64,000 nt of DNA from Mobula hypostoma (lineage: Eukaryota), in assembly GCF_963921235.1 (NCBI RefSeq), contig NC_086107.1, forward strand, positions 94,614,001 to 94,678,000, read 5' to 3'. The first letter of the stretch is position 1. Every line of letters begins with the position of its first letter. Positions 35,641-50,033 of this stretch are shown piece by piece. A program made the translations under genes and the position numbers. The notes under the pieces were generated by a model that did no database searches, was not told where the DNA came from, and saw only the letters and a program-made list of their open reading frames with translations.

Positions 35641-38600
35641 AGATCGAGTGGACGTGGAGAAGTTGGTTCCTTTAGTGGGAGAGTCTAGGACCAGAGGGCA
35701 CAGCCTCAGAATAGAAGGCTGTTCCTTTAGAACAGAGATGAGGAGGAATTTGTTTAGCCAGAGGGCGATGAATCAGGAATTTGCTGCCACACATGGTTGT
35801 GTCAAGTCATTGCTTATATTTAAAAGTGGAGATTGATAGGTTCTTAATTAGTAAGGGTGCCAAGGATTATGGGAAGAAGGCGGAAGAATGGGATTGAGGC
35901 TTATATAAATAGCCATGATGGATTGGTGGATCAGATTTGATGGGCCGATTGGACCTACTCAGCACTTGTGTCTTATAACCTCAGTCTCAGATGTCTGCTG
36001 GTGGGTGAAGGAGAGAGTTGACACACTCTCGTATCCTGACAGAAGTTGATACGATTGGGAGGAATAGATAAGAGCAGGCAGCTGGTATCTTTTTCCCAGG
36101 GATGAAATGTCCAATACTCAAGGACATACATTTAAAATGAGAGGGGGTGAGTTCACAAGAGGTGTTGAGGACAAGGATTTTCACACAGAGAGTGGTGGGT
36201 GCCTGGAATGCGCTGCCAGGGGTTGTGGTAGAGGCAAATATGATAGAGGTGTTTAAGAGGCTCAAAAATATGCAGTGAATGGAGGGATACGGGTGCAGAA
36301 GGGATTAGTTTAGTTAGACATTTATTTTGTAGTTTAGTTGGTTCATTGTGGTGATTCTCATGTTGTACTGCCCTCTGTTCTATATTCTATCCTACATGGG
36401 GCTTGGACTTTACACTTTTACTTTACTTTATTGTCGCCAAAAAATTGATACTAGAGCGTACAATCATCACAGCGATATTTGATTCTGCGCTTTGTGCTCC
36501 CTGGAGTACAAATCGATAGTAAATATAATAAAAATTTTAATTATAAATCATAAATAGAAAATAGAAAAAGGAAAGTAAGGTAGTGCAAAAAAACTGAGAG
36601 GCAGGTCCGGATATTTGGAGGGTATGGTCCAGATCCTGAGGGACGATGATCTACAAGTGTAAGGTCCGCACCCTGTCGCGACCTCCCCCCCACCCCACCA
36701 GTGCAGGGACACAGCCGGGCTGAATGGTAGCAGGAGGCAAGTGGGTCCACAGTTTCTGCAGTTCAGTCTGCGCTAGGTCAGAGCCAGGATGAGCTGGAGG
36801 CAGCTGAGGCACAGATGGAGATTTGAGGGGGGGGTTGGGGGGCGAAAAGAGACAGCAAAGCTCTCACTATGGTTGAGCATATCTACAAGGAGCACTGTCA
36901 CAGTAAAGCAGTGTCCATGTTCAAGGACCCCCACCACTAAGGCCACTCTCTCTTCTCACTGCTGCCGTCGGGAAGGCTCGGGTCCCTCACCACCATGTTG
37001 AGGAAGGGTTAATAACCTTCAACATCGCACTGCTGAACCAGTGTGCATAACTTCACCCACCTCAACACTGAACTGATTCCACAACCTACAGACTCTCAAT
37101 CATGGGACTCCACAACTCAGCTTCTCAGTATTTTGTTTATTTGCATGATTGTCTTCTTTTGCACATTGACTGATTATCATTTTTGTTCATTATATTCCGT
37201 GTCATATGATGTAGTGATCATAGTCTTTCCATGACCATGATTGTTCTTGGCAAATTTTTTTCTACAGAAGTGGTTTGCCATTCCCACCTTTTGGGCAGTG
37301 TCTTTACAAGATGGGTGACCCCTAGCCATTATCAATACTCTTCAGAGGCCGTCTGCCTGGTGTCAGTGGTTGCATAAGCAGGTCTTGTGATGTGCACCAG
37401 TTGCTCACAGGACCATCCACCTCCTGCTCCCGTGGCTTTATGTGACCCTGATCCGGGGGGCTAAGCAGGTGCTGCACCTTATCCAAGGGTGACCTGCAGG
37501 CTAGCGGAGGGAAGGAGCACCTTACACCTTCTTTGGTAGAGACGAATCTTCACTCTACCTCCCAAAGTTGTTTATCCGTCTTTGTTTATGTATAGTTTTT
37601 CAAATTCTATTGCATTTCCTAATGCCTGGAAGAAAGTGAATCTCAAGATATCTATGTACTTTGGTAATAAATTTACTTTAAACTTTGAGCTTTTAAAAGA
37701 CGAGGAGACACAAGGGAAAAGCAAGTCCCCTAATGTGATGGGAGACGAAGTTACAAGAGGGGGAGGTGGTGATATTAGAACACAGAGCTCTACAGCAGAG
37801 GACCAGGCCATTCGGCCCTTAATGTTTGTGCTGAACGTGACACCAATCAAAACTGATCCCATCTGCTTGTAGCAACACCCACCAAAAGCCGGAAAAACAC
37901 ATCAGGACAGGCAGCATCTACGGAGGGGAATAAACAGTTGATGTTCCCTCCATACTTGCGGTCTGACCTGCTGAGTTCTTCCAGCATTTTTGCATATGTT
38001 GCTCAAGATTTCCAGCATCTGCAGAACTCTCATGTTCCCATCTGTCTGTACATGGTCGACATTTCTCCTTTCCCAGCCTGTTCTAAATGCCTCTGCAATG
38101 TAGCTATCCTGTCTGCTTCCAGCACTTCCTCTGGCAGCACATCCCAGGCACCTTACACTCCCCGTGTGTAAAAAAAATCTTGGCATCTATCACTCTCTGT
38201 GTAAAAAAAGAAACTTGCTCATAAATATCTTACCGTAAACCTGTGACATCCAGTATTTGATGTTGGAGAAAAAATCAATCTACCCTCTCCATTGCCTTTC
38301 ATAACTTTTTGTGCTTCTATCATGTCTCCTCTCAGCCTCCAACGCTCAAATCTGGAAAGCAGTCCAAATTTGTCCAACCTCTCCTTGTAGCTAGTGGGTA
38401 GGGATGGGGTTCAGGAAGTGTTAGAGTTAGAAAGCAGGTGAGGTCCCAGTCTTCCTCGTGGTGAGGTAGGTTTCACTATGAACACCACCTTAGTACTCTG
38501 CTCTACTTAATTCATTTTTAGTTCAATTCAATTTGATTATTTAAATTTTAATTTAAAAAATATAAATTTTAGTACATGCATAACATTTTGATTTGTGTAT

Positions 38601-39589
38601 AATTTTATAAACTTTTTTATATATAATGATTATTCAAAATCAGATCTTTTGTCACTGACGTGTTGTGAAATTTATTGTTTTGTGGCAGTACAGTGCAATA
38701 CATAAATGTACTACAAATTAAAATAAGAAATATAAAACATATATTTCTATATGATTTTTGAACGGTAATGAACCTGTGAACAGGACTTCACTATTCATCT
38801 TTTGTATTCTTTATTATTGTAATTTATAGTATTTTTAATGTATTGTAATGTAATGCTGTCACAAATGACAGATTGCACAATGTACGTCAGGAATAGTAAC
38901 CTGATTCTGAGGTACACGCTGACTATCAACCACCTATTCTCCCCCACCCTCCCATCAACTCTCCTCAGGTATACTGCTCACCCACACAGTACAGGCAAGT
39001 TACAGTAACCTAGCAGCTTGCACGTTTTTTGGGATGCTGGGAGCAAACTGGAGCACCCGGGGGGAGAAGGCCTTGAGGACATAGGGAGAACGTGCATCTT
39101 TCACACAGGCAGAGGTCAGGATTGAACCCATGTCACTGGGGCAGGAGTAATTTTGCACTGTTCTCCTCACAAAGACCGACTAACACGTGGAAAGTCCAAC
39201 AACTGGATAATGCATTTGTATAGCACCTTTGCCGAAGACAAAATGTTCCAAAACATCTCACATTTGAGAATTGGGTTTAATATCACTATCATACGCCGTG
39301 AGATTTGTTGTTTTGCGGCAGTAATACATAAAAAATTACGATAATTTGCAAGAATAAGATAAATTAAGGTATAGAAGGAACGTTGAAATTGACTAAACGC
39401 TTGATGAGGAGGGAGAGAAAACAGAAAATGAGTAATGAGAGAGAGAGAGAGAGAGAGGAGTAGAAAGAAAGGGGGAGGGAGAGAGATGGAGCGAATTTAG
39501 ACAGGGATAGACAGGGAGCCAGGCAGACAGAGTTGGTGAGTGGGGACTTGGCTGGTGTAAGCCACCTCTTCGATTTAGGTCCAGTCACA

Positions 39590-40290
39590 AACAAGAAAAT
39601 CTGCAGATGCTGGAAATCCAGGCAACACACACAAAATGCTGGAAGAACTCAGCAGGCCAGGCAGCATCTATGGAAAAGAGTCCAGTCGATGTTTTGGGCC
39701 GAAACCCTTCATCAGGACTGGAGAAAAAAAAGATGAGAAGTCAGAGTAAGAAATTGGGGGGAGGGGAGGAAGAAGTACAATGTTGTAGGTGATAGGTGAA
39801 ACCAGGAGGGGGGGTGATGCGATGCCACGCTCAGGTTGGAGGAGCAACATCTTGTATTCTGTCCGGGTAGCCTCCAACCTGATGGCACGAACGATTTCTC
39901 GAACCTCTGGTAATTGTCCAGCCCCTTCACCATTCCCTTCTCTCACCTTATGTCCTTACCTGCCTATCACCTCCCTCTGGTGCTCCTCTCCCTTCCCCTT
40001 CTTCCATGGTCTTCTGTCCTCTCCCATCAGATTCCCCCTTCTCCAGCCCTTTATCTCTTTCACTTAATCAACTTCCCAGCCCTTTACTTCACCCCTCCCC
40101 CTCTCCCGGTTTCACCTATCACCTACCACCCTGTACTTCCTCCTCCCCTCCCCCTCACCACCTTATTCTGACTTCTCATCTTTTTTCTCCACTCCTGATG
40201 AGGGGTCTCAGCTCAAAACATCAACAATTTACTCTTTTCCATAGATGCTGCCCGGCCTGCCAATCTCCTCCAAGATTTTGTGTGTGTTTC
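39590..40290 (+). mobile_element. Penelope-like element remnant with inverted terminal repeats
   Basis: Plus-strand ATLRLEEQHLVF.PGSLQPDG GIY-YIG tail at ~39822-39912. Inverted arms carry decayed hammerhead motifs (~39682-39719 minus, ~40191-40225 plus). Confidence 0.8.
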
Positions 40291-41349
40291 TTCGACTGGG
40301 GTGATTGACAGAAGAATCAAAGAGGATTTGAAGGGTCCAGAAGAGAAAGTGGTGCAGGGTTACAGAGAGCTAGCATGGGGTCGTTGGGCTGAATGATCCC
40401 TTTCCCTCTCTCTTTCACTCTCTGTGTTGCCACAAGTAAGTGGAGGGGGATGGCAGAAGGCAAAGCTTACTGTCTTGGCTTTGAAGGTTTGACCACCATG
40501 TGAGGACTGGTTAAGACTGGAACGATTCTGGGCCAGCTTTGGAGGAGCAGTGGATACGGGAGGTCTGAGGGAGGGCCAGAGGACAAGACAAAAGAACAAA
40601 AAATAGAAGCAGAATGTCAACCAACCAGGTGCTATGAAGACTAGGGAAAGAGACTAATACTTTTGTACTTATCTCATTATCTCCTAAAACAGCCTCTGTA
40701 CAAGGATTAAAAAAGATTTTATTTTGTTGGCAATGCAAACAGCTGTAATTTGAAACCTTGCTTTGTCTGATTTGGCTCGGGAGATGTTACTGTGGCCACA
40801 GGCATCTGCTTTTAATCAGCGCCACTCTCCAAGTACAGTAACTGGGTCCTCTTGGATGTAGCAGAGCCTAATTGAAACCACATTCAGCGGGGCGGGCCAG
40901 TAGCTCGGTGGTTGGGTTCCAAGCCAGTTGCAGGCTTGGGGAGGGGTTGAAGGGGGCAGGCAGCTGACTCCACACGTGTCCACGTCACAATCAACTTCAT
41001 TCATTGGACCTGGGGCAATGGGAGCACTGTGGTTAGGTCATTGGCGAGGAGATGTACAGACTTGGACCCAAGTTCACATCTCATCATGGGATCCAAGGAA
41101 CTCGGATAAGCCTCAGATTGGTGGAAACCTGGAGCCACAGGGATAGGATAGAGCAGTGGCCTAACCTTGGGTCCATGGCCCCCTCGGTTAATGGCAAGGA
41201 TCCATGGCATGGAAAAAAGACTGGGAACCCCTAGGAGAGTGGGATTTGGGCCAAACACTGAGAAATGGGTCAAGCTCAGATGGGCACCTTGGTCAACATG
41301 AATTATTTGGGCTGAAGGGCCTGATTCTGTGCTGTATTACATTTGGACC

Positions 41350-42248
41350 ACAAAACACTACTACATAGTACAGGCTCTTTGGCCCACAATGTTTTTGCCA
41401 ACCCTTTTAGCCTACTGTAAGATCGATCTTGGATCCCTTGATTAATGGTAAGCCTCCATGGCATAAAAAAAGACAGGAACTCCTGATCTAACCCTTTCAT
41501 CCCACATTGCCCCTCATTTTTCTATCATCCATGTACCTATCTAAGAGTCTCTTAAATGTCCCTAATGTATCTGCCTCTACCACCACCCCTGGCTGTGTTC
41601 CACCACTCTGTAAAGAAAAAATTGGCTCTGACGTCCTCCCAATACTTCATTCTAATCTCCTTAAAACACCGTCCCCTCGTATTAGCCATTTCTGCCCTGG
41701 GTAAAAGAGTCTGGCTATCCACGCAATCAATCCCTCTTTTCATCTTGTTCACCTCTATCAAATCACCTCTCATCATCCTTCGATTTAAAGAGAAAGCTCG
41801 GTCTGCCTATCTTCATAAGACATGCTCTCCAATCCAGGCAGCATCCTGGTAAATCTGCTCTGCACCTCCTAAAGCTTCCACATCCTTCCTATAATGAGGT
41901 GACTATAACTGAACACAATATTCCAAGTGTGACCTAACCAGAGTTCTATAGAGTTACAACGTTACCTCCTAGCTCTTGAACTCAATCTCCCGATGGGTGA
42001 GGGCCAAAATACCATACGCCTTATTAACCAACCTACCGACTTGCGTGGCAACTTTGAGAGGTCTATGGATATGGACCCCACAATCCCTCTGTTCCTCCAC
42101 ACTGTTAAAAATCTGGCCATTAACCCTGTATTCTACCTTCAAGTTTGACCTTCTGAAGTGAATCACTTCACACTTTGATGCTTGTTGGATTATTCCATAA
42201 CTCTATGATACAAGAGTGCAAGGCACGCTCAACTCAGCAGTGTTGGTC

Positions 42249-42280
<32 letters not shown>

Positions 42281-45200
42281 AGTGAGAGAGAGAGAGACAC
42301 TCACTCACTCACACTTGGACAGCATAGACTCTGGGACTGGGGAAGAGTCTCTCAGAACAGACTCTGGTGCCGGCCAGTTTTGTGAGAGTCCTCCTCCAGT
42401 GTCGGGGCCCTGAAAACACCGGGTTTGAAGAGAACACATGAGGCTGGCCCCTTGCTCTCCTGAAATGGTTGCTCTGGCAAAACGCCAAGGGTTCTGAGAT
42501 GCAAACATGAAACTCAATTCCAGTAACTGGCTGCGTCCTCCCAAAATACGGCCAGCACTCAGAGCGAGGCAGTGACACAGTCCACCCAGGATAAATTTAG
42601 GAGCCTGTAATACCCCCTATTCCTCTCAGGAATAGCTGCTCCTGATAACAAGAGCCAACGTGCACAGTTCATCTATCTGTTTCCAACCAGAACTTCCAAG
42701 TGGCTGACACGTGATGTCACAGGGTGTGGCTTTCTGAAACAGCTGCTGTGTTACATTAACTATGACTTGGCTGCCTATTTGTGATCTGTGTGTTTTCATT
42801 TATCTATCCTCAAACGGCTGGTGGCTCAGAATGATTTATTTTTAAGGGCTATTTTTTTTAAACTCCTCCCCAAGTTATGTCTCTAATTTTAGCCCCTTTG
42901 TGGATACAAACCGGCCTATTCAGAGTTCAGTATTCAGATTCTTTTATTTATCGTAGATGCCTTGAAACACGGTGAAATGCGTTGATGTGTTATGGATATG
43001 GTGCAAGTGGTGCCAACATAACTAACACACATGCACACACACACACACACACACACACACACCAGCAGAACAACACAGAGCACGACAAGCAACAAAACAA
43101 CAACAGCAAAACAAGCCCCCCCACCCCCTGATCACCCGCACACATGGACATTTCTCCAATCCCAGGACAGGCCTCTGGGCCTCCAGTCTTCAGGCTTCAG
43201 CCATCAGACTTCAGCCTCCAGACTCTGATTGACCTTCGGACTTTGATCTTTGATGTTGACCCCTGGACTAGCCGCTGATGGGAGCCCAAACTCTAGGCCT
43301 TGAACTCTGGGCTTGAAATCATGCCACATGCTCGCATGGATATCTGATCTTGGCCCCGTCAGGTTTTGAAGTCCAGACTTCCGATTGACTTTTGGGCTTT
43401 GATCTTTGGTGTTGACCCCTGGACTAGCCGATGATGGGACCGTATACTCTACGCCTCGAACTCCTGGCTCAAAATTGCGCCGCCTGCTCGCACGGACATC
43501 TGATTCCGGGCCACACTGACCTGGGACAGCCCAACTTTATCTTCTAAACCTTTCCTGTATCTGTATCTTTTAAATATTGTTAATATATCTATCTGAACTA
43601 CTTCCTCTGGCAGCTTGTTCCACACATACATTATCCTTTATGTAAAAAAAAACTAAGTTGCCCCTCAAGTTTCTATTAAATCTCTCCCCTCTCACCTTAA
43701 ACCTATGGCTTTTAGTTCTTTATTCCCAACCCTGGGGAACAAAACTGAGTACATTCACCCTCATGATTTTATAACACCCCTATAAGATCACCTCTCAGTC
43801 TCCTATACTCGAAGGAATAAAGTCCTAGTCTGTCCAATATAACTCAGTCCCCCGAGTCCTGGCGGTGTCCTTGTAGGTCTTTTACGCACTCTTTCCAGTT
43901 TAAATAACATCTTTCCTGTAGCAGGGCAACCAAGACTGAACACAGTACTTCAAGTGTAGCCTCGCCAGCAGTCTGTACCACTACATGACCTGACGATGTC
44001 TTGCGAAGGAGCGATGTATTACCAAAAGAACTCTTTCATAGACCACACTTGGAGTATTGTGTTCAGTTCTGGTCACTTCATTCTAGGAAGGATGTGGAAG
44101 CTTTAGAGAGAGTGCAGAGGAGATTTATCAGGACGTTGTCTGGATTGGAGATCATGTCTTGTGAGGACAGGTTGAGTGAGTTGGGGCTTTTCTTTCTGGA
44201 GTGAAAGAAGATGAGAGGTAACTTGATAGAAGTGTACAAGATGATAAAAGGCATGGATAGAGTGGACAGACAGGATGGCAATGGGTAATGCAAAAGGGGA
44301 TAATTTTAAGGTTACTGAAGAAAAGTAATGGGGATGTCAGAGGTAAGTTTTTTATACAGAGAACAGAATAGAGCATGGGATGCCCTGCCAGGGGTGGTGG
44401 TAGAGGGGCTCTCAGATTGGCACACAGATAATAGAATAATGGAGGGCTATGTAGGAGGGAATGGTTAGATTGTTCTTAGAGAAGGTTTAAAGTTAACCTT
44501 CTCCTGTACTGTGCTGTAGTGTTCTATATTGTATGTTCTAGAAGTTACAGGGTGGGGCAGAGTGGGGAGTGTAGGATTGGTGATTCAATCTCTGCGCTCT
44601 TCCCCCTTTCCCTGGCCCCCTCTCCCACACCATGTCCCCTGCTGCCTCTGCACACCAATCCAGCTGGCCATTGAACCTGCACGCTGTGCAATGGTAATGC
44701 TCCAGCTGATGTTGAATATCCAAGCTCGTTGCCAGAGATGAACGACTCAACGTCTCTGTTTAAGTAAGCATTTCCAGGTTCTCGCTACTCTGTTGATCTA
44801 TAATTAACCATCAAAAGGCACACCAGCTAACGCTTTTATTGCCTCCATAAACCTCTGATCAAGTCGCCTCAAAGTTTATGTTGCTTTTGGATAAATAGAC
44901 CACTCTGTCTGCTACCTAGTCATGAGCGGCCGTGATCTATTTAACAGTACCTCCGGCACCTAATAAAGTGGCCACTGAGTGTACATTTGTGATCCTCTGC
45001 TGTTGTAGCCCATCCACCTCGACGTGTTGTGCGTTCAGAGATACCCTTCTGCACACCACTGTTGTAACGTGTGGTTATTTGAGTTATTGTCACCTTGACC
45101 CAGTCTGGCCATTCTCCTCTGACCTCTCTCATTAACAAAGTGCTTTCACCCACAGAACTGCCACTAACAGGATTTTTTTTTAGTTTATTTTTTGCACCGT

Positions 45201-46100
45201 TCTCTAAACTTTAGAGACTGAGTTGGCTGATTAAATATCTGCATTAATGAGCAAGTGTACAGGCGTACCTAATAAAGTGGCCACTGAGTGTAGTCACAGC
45301 ACTACAGCACAGAAGCAGGCTCTTTGGCCCATCTAGTTTGTGCCAAACTATTAATCTGCCTAGTGCTATCAACCCACACCTAGATCATAGCCCTCCATAC
45401 TCCTGCCATCCAGGTACTTGTCCAACCTTCTCTTAAATGTTACAATTGAACTCACATCCAACATTTCCACTGGCAGCTCATTCCACACTCTTACTACCCT
45501 CTGAGTGAAGAAGCTCTCCTTCAGGTTCCTCTTAAGTATTTCAGCTTTCACCCTTAACCTATGACCTCTAGTTCTAGTCTCACCCAACCTCAGTGGGAAA
45601 AGCCTGCTTGCATTTACTCTATCTATACCCCTCATAATGTTGTACACCTCTATCAAATCTCCCCTCATTCCCCTACGCTCCAGGGAATTAAAGTCCTAAC
45701 CTGTTCAACCTTTCCCTAAAACTCACGTCCTCGAGTCCCGGCGGCATGGGAGCGTAGTGGTTAGCACGCTGCTTTACAGTACCAGCAGCCCAGGTTCGAT
45801 TCCCACCACTGGAAGGAGTTTGTACATTCTGTCCGTGACCGCATGGGTTTGCTCCCACAGTCCAAAGATGTACCGGTTGGGAGGTTAATTGGTCATTGTA
45901 CGTTGTCTCGTTAAATTGGGGGATTGCTGGGCGGCACACTTGAAGGGCCAGAGGGACCTTTTCCATGATGTCTCTCAATAAATAAATTTTCTCTGTACTC
46001 TTTCAATCTTAGGTGACCAGAACTGTGCATGATACTCCAAATTTGGCCTCACCAATGTCATAACATCCCAATTCCTGTACTCAATACTTTGATTTATGAA
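41350..46100. mobile_element. Multiple CR1 3' fragments (41350-42175 -, 43520-43980 -, 44030-44540 +, 45295-46100 -) and a Tc1 derivative (44945-45290)
   Basis: MRGDLIEV…[17 protein letters not shown] and TQITTRYNSGVQKGISERTTRR peptides; Tc1 right TIR gtacctaataaagtggccactgagtg followed by TA. Confidence 0.75.
43227..43512. repeat. Diverged tandem duplication, ~156-bp unit
   Basis: gattgac…ctttgatcttt…gttgacccctggactagccg occurs at 43227 and 43383. Confidence 0.75.
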
Positions 46101-47084
46101 AAGTCAGTGTGTTTGTTTGTTATCATGGGCAGGATATAAAATACCATGAAAGTTAGCTTTTTGCAGCAGCAGGGTATCTTACAAGATGAGGACAAATACA
46201 AGTTAACAGAATCAAAACACACGAAAATCTGCAGGTGCTGGAGATCCAAAGCAACGCCGGAGGGACTCTTCGGGTCAGGCAACATCTATGGAAAAGAGTA
46301 AACAGTTGATGTTTTGGCCCAAAACGTCGACTGTACTCTTTTCCATAGATGCTGCCCGGCCTGCCGAGTTCCTCCAGCATTTTGTGTCTGTTGCATAAAC
46401 TAACAGACTTGAATTAACATAAATTCAGCATAAATTGTGTGCAAAATAGCAAGACAAATGCAAGACTGAGAACGAGAAACCACTGTTGTTCAAGGTAGCA
46501 TTAGGGACTTCCGGGCTGGTCCAAGAACGTGATGGGAGTGGGGGAAGAAGCTGTTGTTAAAGTGTTGAGTCTTCAGGTCCTGTGCCTCCTGGTTGGTAGC
46601 AGCAATGAGAAGAGGGCATGGCCTGAGCGGTGCGGGATGTGTCCTGAGGCATTGCCTCTTGTAGATGTACTCATTAATGGGGAGAGTTGGAACCGGCACC
46701 GCTGTCTGCAGCCCCCTGCGTTCTTGTGCATTGCAGGCTGCAATGCAACCAGGCAGAATGGTTGTATTTAGTTCATTCCCAGAACTGTCCACACTTCAGG
46801 GTGAGACTGACAGAGACAGAGGTCTCCAAGGGGAAATTTCACTCTGCCGTAGGGCAAGAACTGGAACCAATTATTCATGTGGTGAGAATTGGGAATCCTC
46901 TGAAACACACCCATATTAAATTGCTAGGACATGTTTAGCTCACGCAGGCTGTGCCAGGGGTGTGTGATCTGATTTCCACGCACACTCACAGGCCAGCTGC
47001 TAGAACACTCGCTTCTGATGTGGCTGTAACTGGCAAGAGCTCATCCCTTGCTGCCCTTGAGAAAGTGACGGGGCCACCCAGGGG

Positions 47085-47430
47085 GAGGGGGTTGATATAC
47101 AGCGGGGTGGTTGATAGAACAGAGGGGTTGATATAATGAGAGGGGAGTTCAGTTAACAGGAGAATTGATATAACGGGTATAGATATAACAAGGGTGGGGG
47201 GTGATATAATGAGAAGGATTGATGTAACTGGGTAATGGGAGTGGAGGGTTGATAGAACAGGGAGGTCAATATAATGGAGACAGGTGGGGGATTGTTATAA
47301 CAAGGGGAATGTTGATATAATGAGGCGGTTGTTGATATAACAGTGGGGATAGGGGTTGGTATAACTTGGTAACAAGGTGGAGGGTTGGTATAACAGGGAG
47401 GGTCGCTATAACAGGGAGGGTCGATATGAC
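47085..47430. repeat. Degenerate G-rich minisatellite (gggttgatataa-like units)
   Basis: Recurrent gttgatataa/gatagaac motifs separated by G runs. Confidence 0.65.
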
Positions 47431-48095
47431 AGGTGGAGAGTTGCTATTCCTGTGGTGGGGGGTGTTGGTGTAATGGGGGCCACGCGGGGCCATATGAAAG
47501 AATTGGCAGTGCTGCCTGGCAGCGAGGAGGGGTTCCCAGATCCAAGAAGAGGCCAAGCTGGGATCCTGAAGGAAACCCAGAGGCTGTGTCTCAGTCTGCC
47601 ATCGGTCCTGGAGCCAGGGAGTGGCCATTGTGGCCTTGCAGTCAACACGACGCTGCGGAGTCATTCCAGTGCCTCTGGGAAGCTGCCCACTGCGTGCTGG
47701 CTCTGGCGGTTGGAATCGGAATCAGGTTTATCATCACAGATAGATGTCATAAAATTTATTATACAGTATTGTGACCGGCCCCACATGTGCCAGCCCCTCC
47801 CCTCCCCTCCCGGCATGCACCAGCCCTGCCCACTCTGGCTTCACCCCAAACCAACCCACATCCCATATGCTGTAGCCCCAACCCCACCTCCTCTGCCTGC
47901 AGTTCTCACCCCCTCCCGTGGTCCTGAGCCCATATATCTCACTCTCTCACTCTCACAGTCAGTGCTCACTGGGCAGAACAGAGGGGGGCAGGGCTGCCAT
48001 GTGACCCACGCTCTGCAGCGGTGAACGTGAACTTTCACGCTCCCTCCACGACTGACCAGTAAACTGTGTAACCTCTCCCTGCCTCTCCTTTGCAG

Positions 48096-48222
48096 CCTAA
48101 CTGCGGGGAGAAACTTGAAGCAAGAGGATCGTGAGAAGGAGCAAGGGAAGCAAGCGGGCACCATGTCTCTGAAGTACTGTGATGCGCCGGGGCCTGAAGC
48201 AACCAGGAACAGCTTCTGGATG
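48096..48222 (+). CDS. PACSIN: PACSIN/syndapin-family gene, ATG-containing exon (5'UTR 48096-48162, CDS 48163-48222: MSLKYCDAPGPEATRNSFWM)
   Basis: Polypyrimidine tract + ttgcag acceptor at 48095, Kozak-like gcaccATG at 48163 and perfect donor ATG|gtaagt. The 20 codons end in the PACSIN SFW motif and splice in phase 0 to the next exon. Confidence 0.88.
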
Positions 48223-49541
48223 GTAAGTGGTCAAAGACCAGCTTGACAGGCCGGGTGACATAGCATGCAAAACTTCTGTCCTCGCGTCCTGAGGGTGAGT
48301 AATGTGTTGTTTCATCGAGGAGCTGAAAAATACATAGAACACAGAACACCACAGCACTATATGGGCCCTTCGGCCGCAATATTGTGCTGATGTACTACCT
48401 GATCAATCTAACCCTTCCCTCCCACATAGTTCTCCATTCTTCAATCATTATGTGATATCTAAGAGGTTAAGAGTCGTTAAATGTCCCTAACGTGTCAGTT
48501 TCCACCACCAGTCAGGGCTGTGGGTTCTGGTATGCATCACTCTCTGTACAAAAAAAACCATCTCCCGATACTTTCCTTCACTCACCTTAAACAGATGTCC
48601 TCTAATATTGGCCTTTGCCACTCTGGGGGGAAAAAAATCTTTGGCTGTCGACTCTCTCTATGGCTCTCATGATCTCATACACCTCCATCAAGTCACCTCT
48701 CATTCCATAGAGAAAAGTCCTGGCTTGCTCAGCCTTTCCTCATACGACATGCTCTCTAGTCCAAGGAGGGTCCTGGTAAATCTCCTCTGCACCCTCTCTA
48801 AAGCTTCTACATCCTTCCTATAAGAGACAACTACAACTAAAGATAATATTCTCAGACTTTTATAGAACTGCAACATTTCTAGGCACTGACGCTATGAATA
48901 AAAGACGTTCTCCTGCCGCTCAGCCAGACTTTCCTTGTGATCTTTATCTGAAGGGAACGTGGCACACGTCCATGAGTATGTGAATGACTGGGAGATGTAA
49001 TCAGTCAGAATGTTACAGTAAAGTAAAATTAAAAAAAAACACAACTGCAGATACTGAAAACCTAAAATAAAGACATATTCTACCTTGAAATTCAGGCATT
49101 GAGAGAAGAATAAAGACATGCAATAGAATTTCTGGAAAAATGCTGAACATAAAGACTGACAAACTACCAATGTGGAAGAGATGACAAAGTGTGTAAATAA
49201 AAAGAAAAATAACTGAAAATGTGAGTTGTAGTGTAGGTGGAATCAGTTCAGAGTTGTGGTGAATGAACTTATCGATGTTGGGCTCAGGAGTCCTGAGGGG
49301 CATAATGTTCCTGAACCTGGTGTAGTGGGACCCAAGGCCCCTGCACCTTCTTCCCGATGAGCATGGCCTGGGTGGTGTGGGTCCCTGATGATGGATGCTG
49401 CTTTCTTGTGGCAGTGCTGCTTGTAGATGTGCTCAGTGGCAGGGAGGACATTGCCTGTGCTGGACGCATCATCGCAGGAATGACAGCAACTGAGGGTAGA
49501 TAACTAACTGAGAGTAGACAACTAACTGAGAGTTGGAGGTC

Positions 49542-49583
<42 letters not shown>

Positions 49584-50033
49584 TACGCACGTGCATGTGC
49601 ATGTGTGCACGCGCGCGCATAGGATTTCACTGGCTCCATTTGGGCCGTGTACACACTTTAAAAAAAAAACAATGGAAGTGAACCAATCTACATATCTAAA
49701 CCAAACTATAGCGGTCACTTGAAAATAAAGACCAAAACCGCTGAGAGACTAAGCCAGAGTACTCAACATTGCTTCCAAATAATAAATTTCCAAATTGAGA
49801 AAGGTAAGTTTGATCCTTTATTACAAAACCAGAACGATCTGGTAGCAATAAAAAATTAATGAAACTAAATTTGTGATATAATGGTCTAACTTGCAGTCTA
49901 ATAGCAATATTAGTATTTGAATAGCCATCTAGTTCATAAAATAATTAGCGTAACTAATTGGCATACTTAAGTGGTCAACAAAAATATCATTCTCCCTGCT
50001 CAACCCCGAACTAACCCCAAGGTGAATACGTAA

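Noticed and set aside
47377..48024. 215-aa ORF just upstream of the PACSIN ATG exon
   Set aside because: Spans a degenerate minisatellite, a repeat tail and a C-rich tract; no domain similarity or supporting splice structure.
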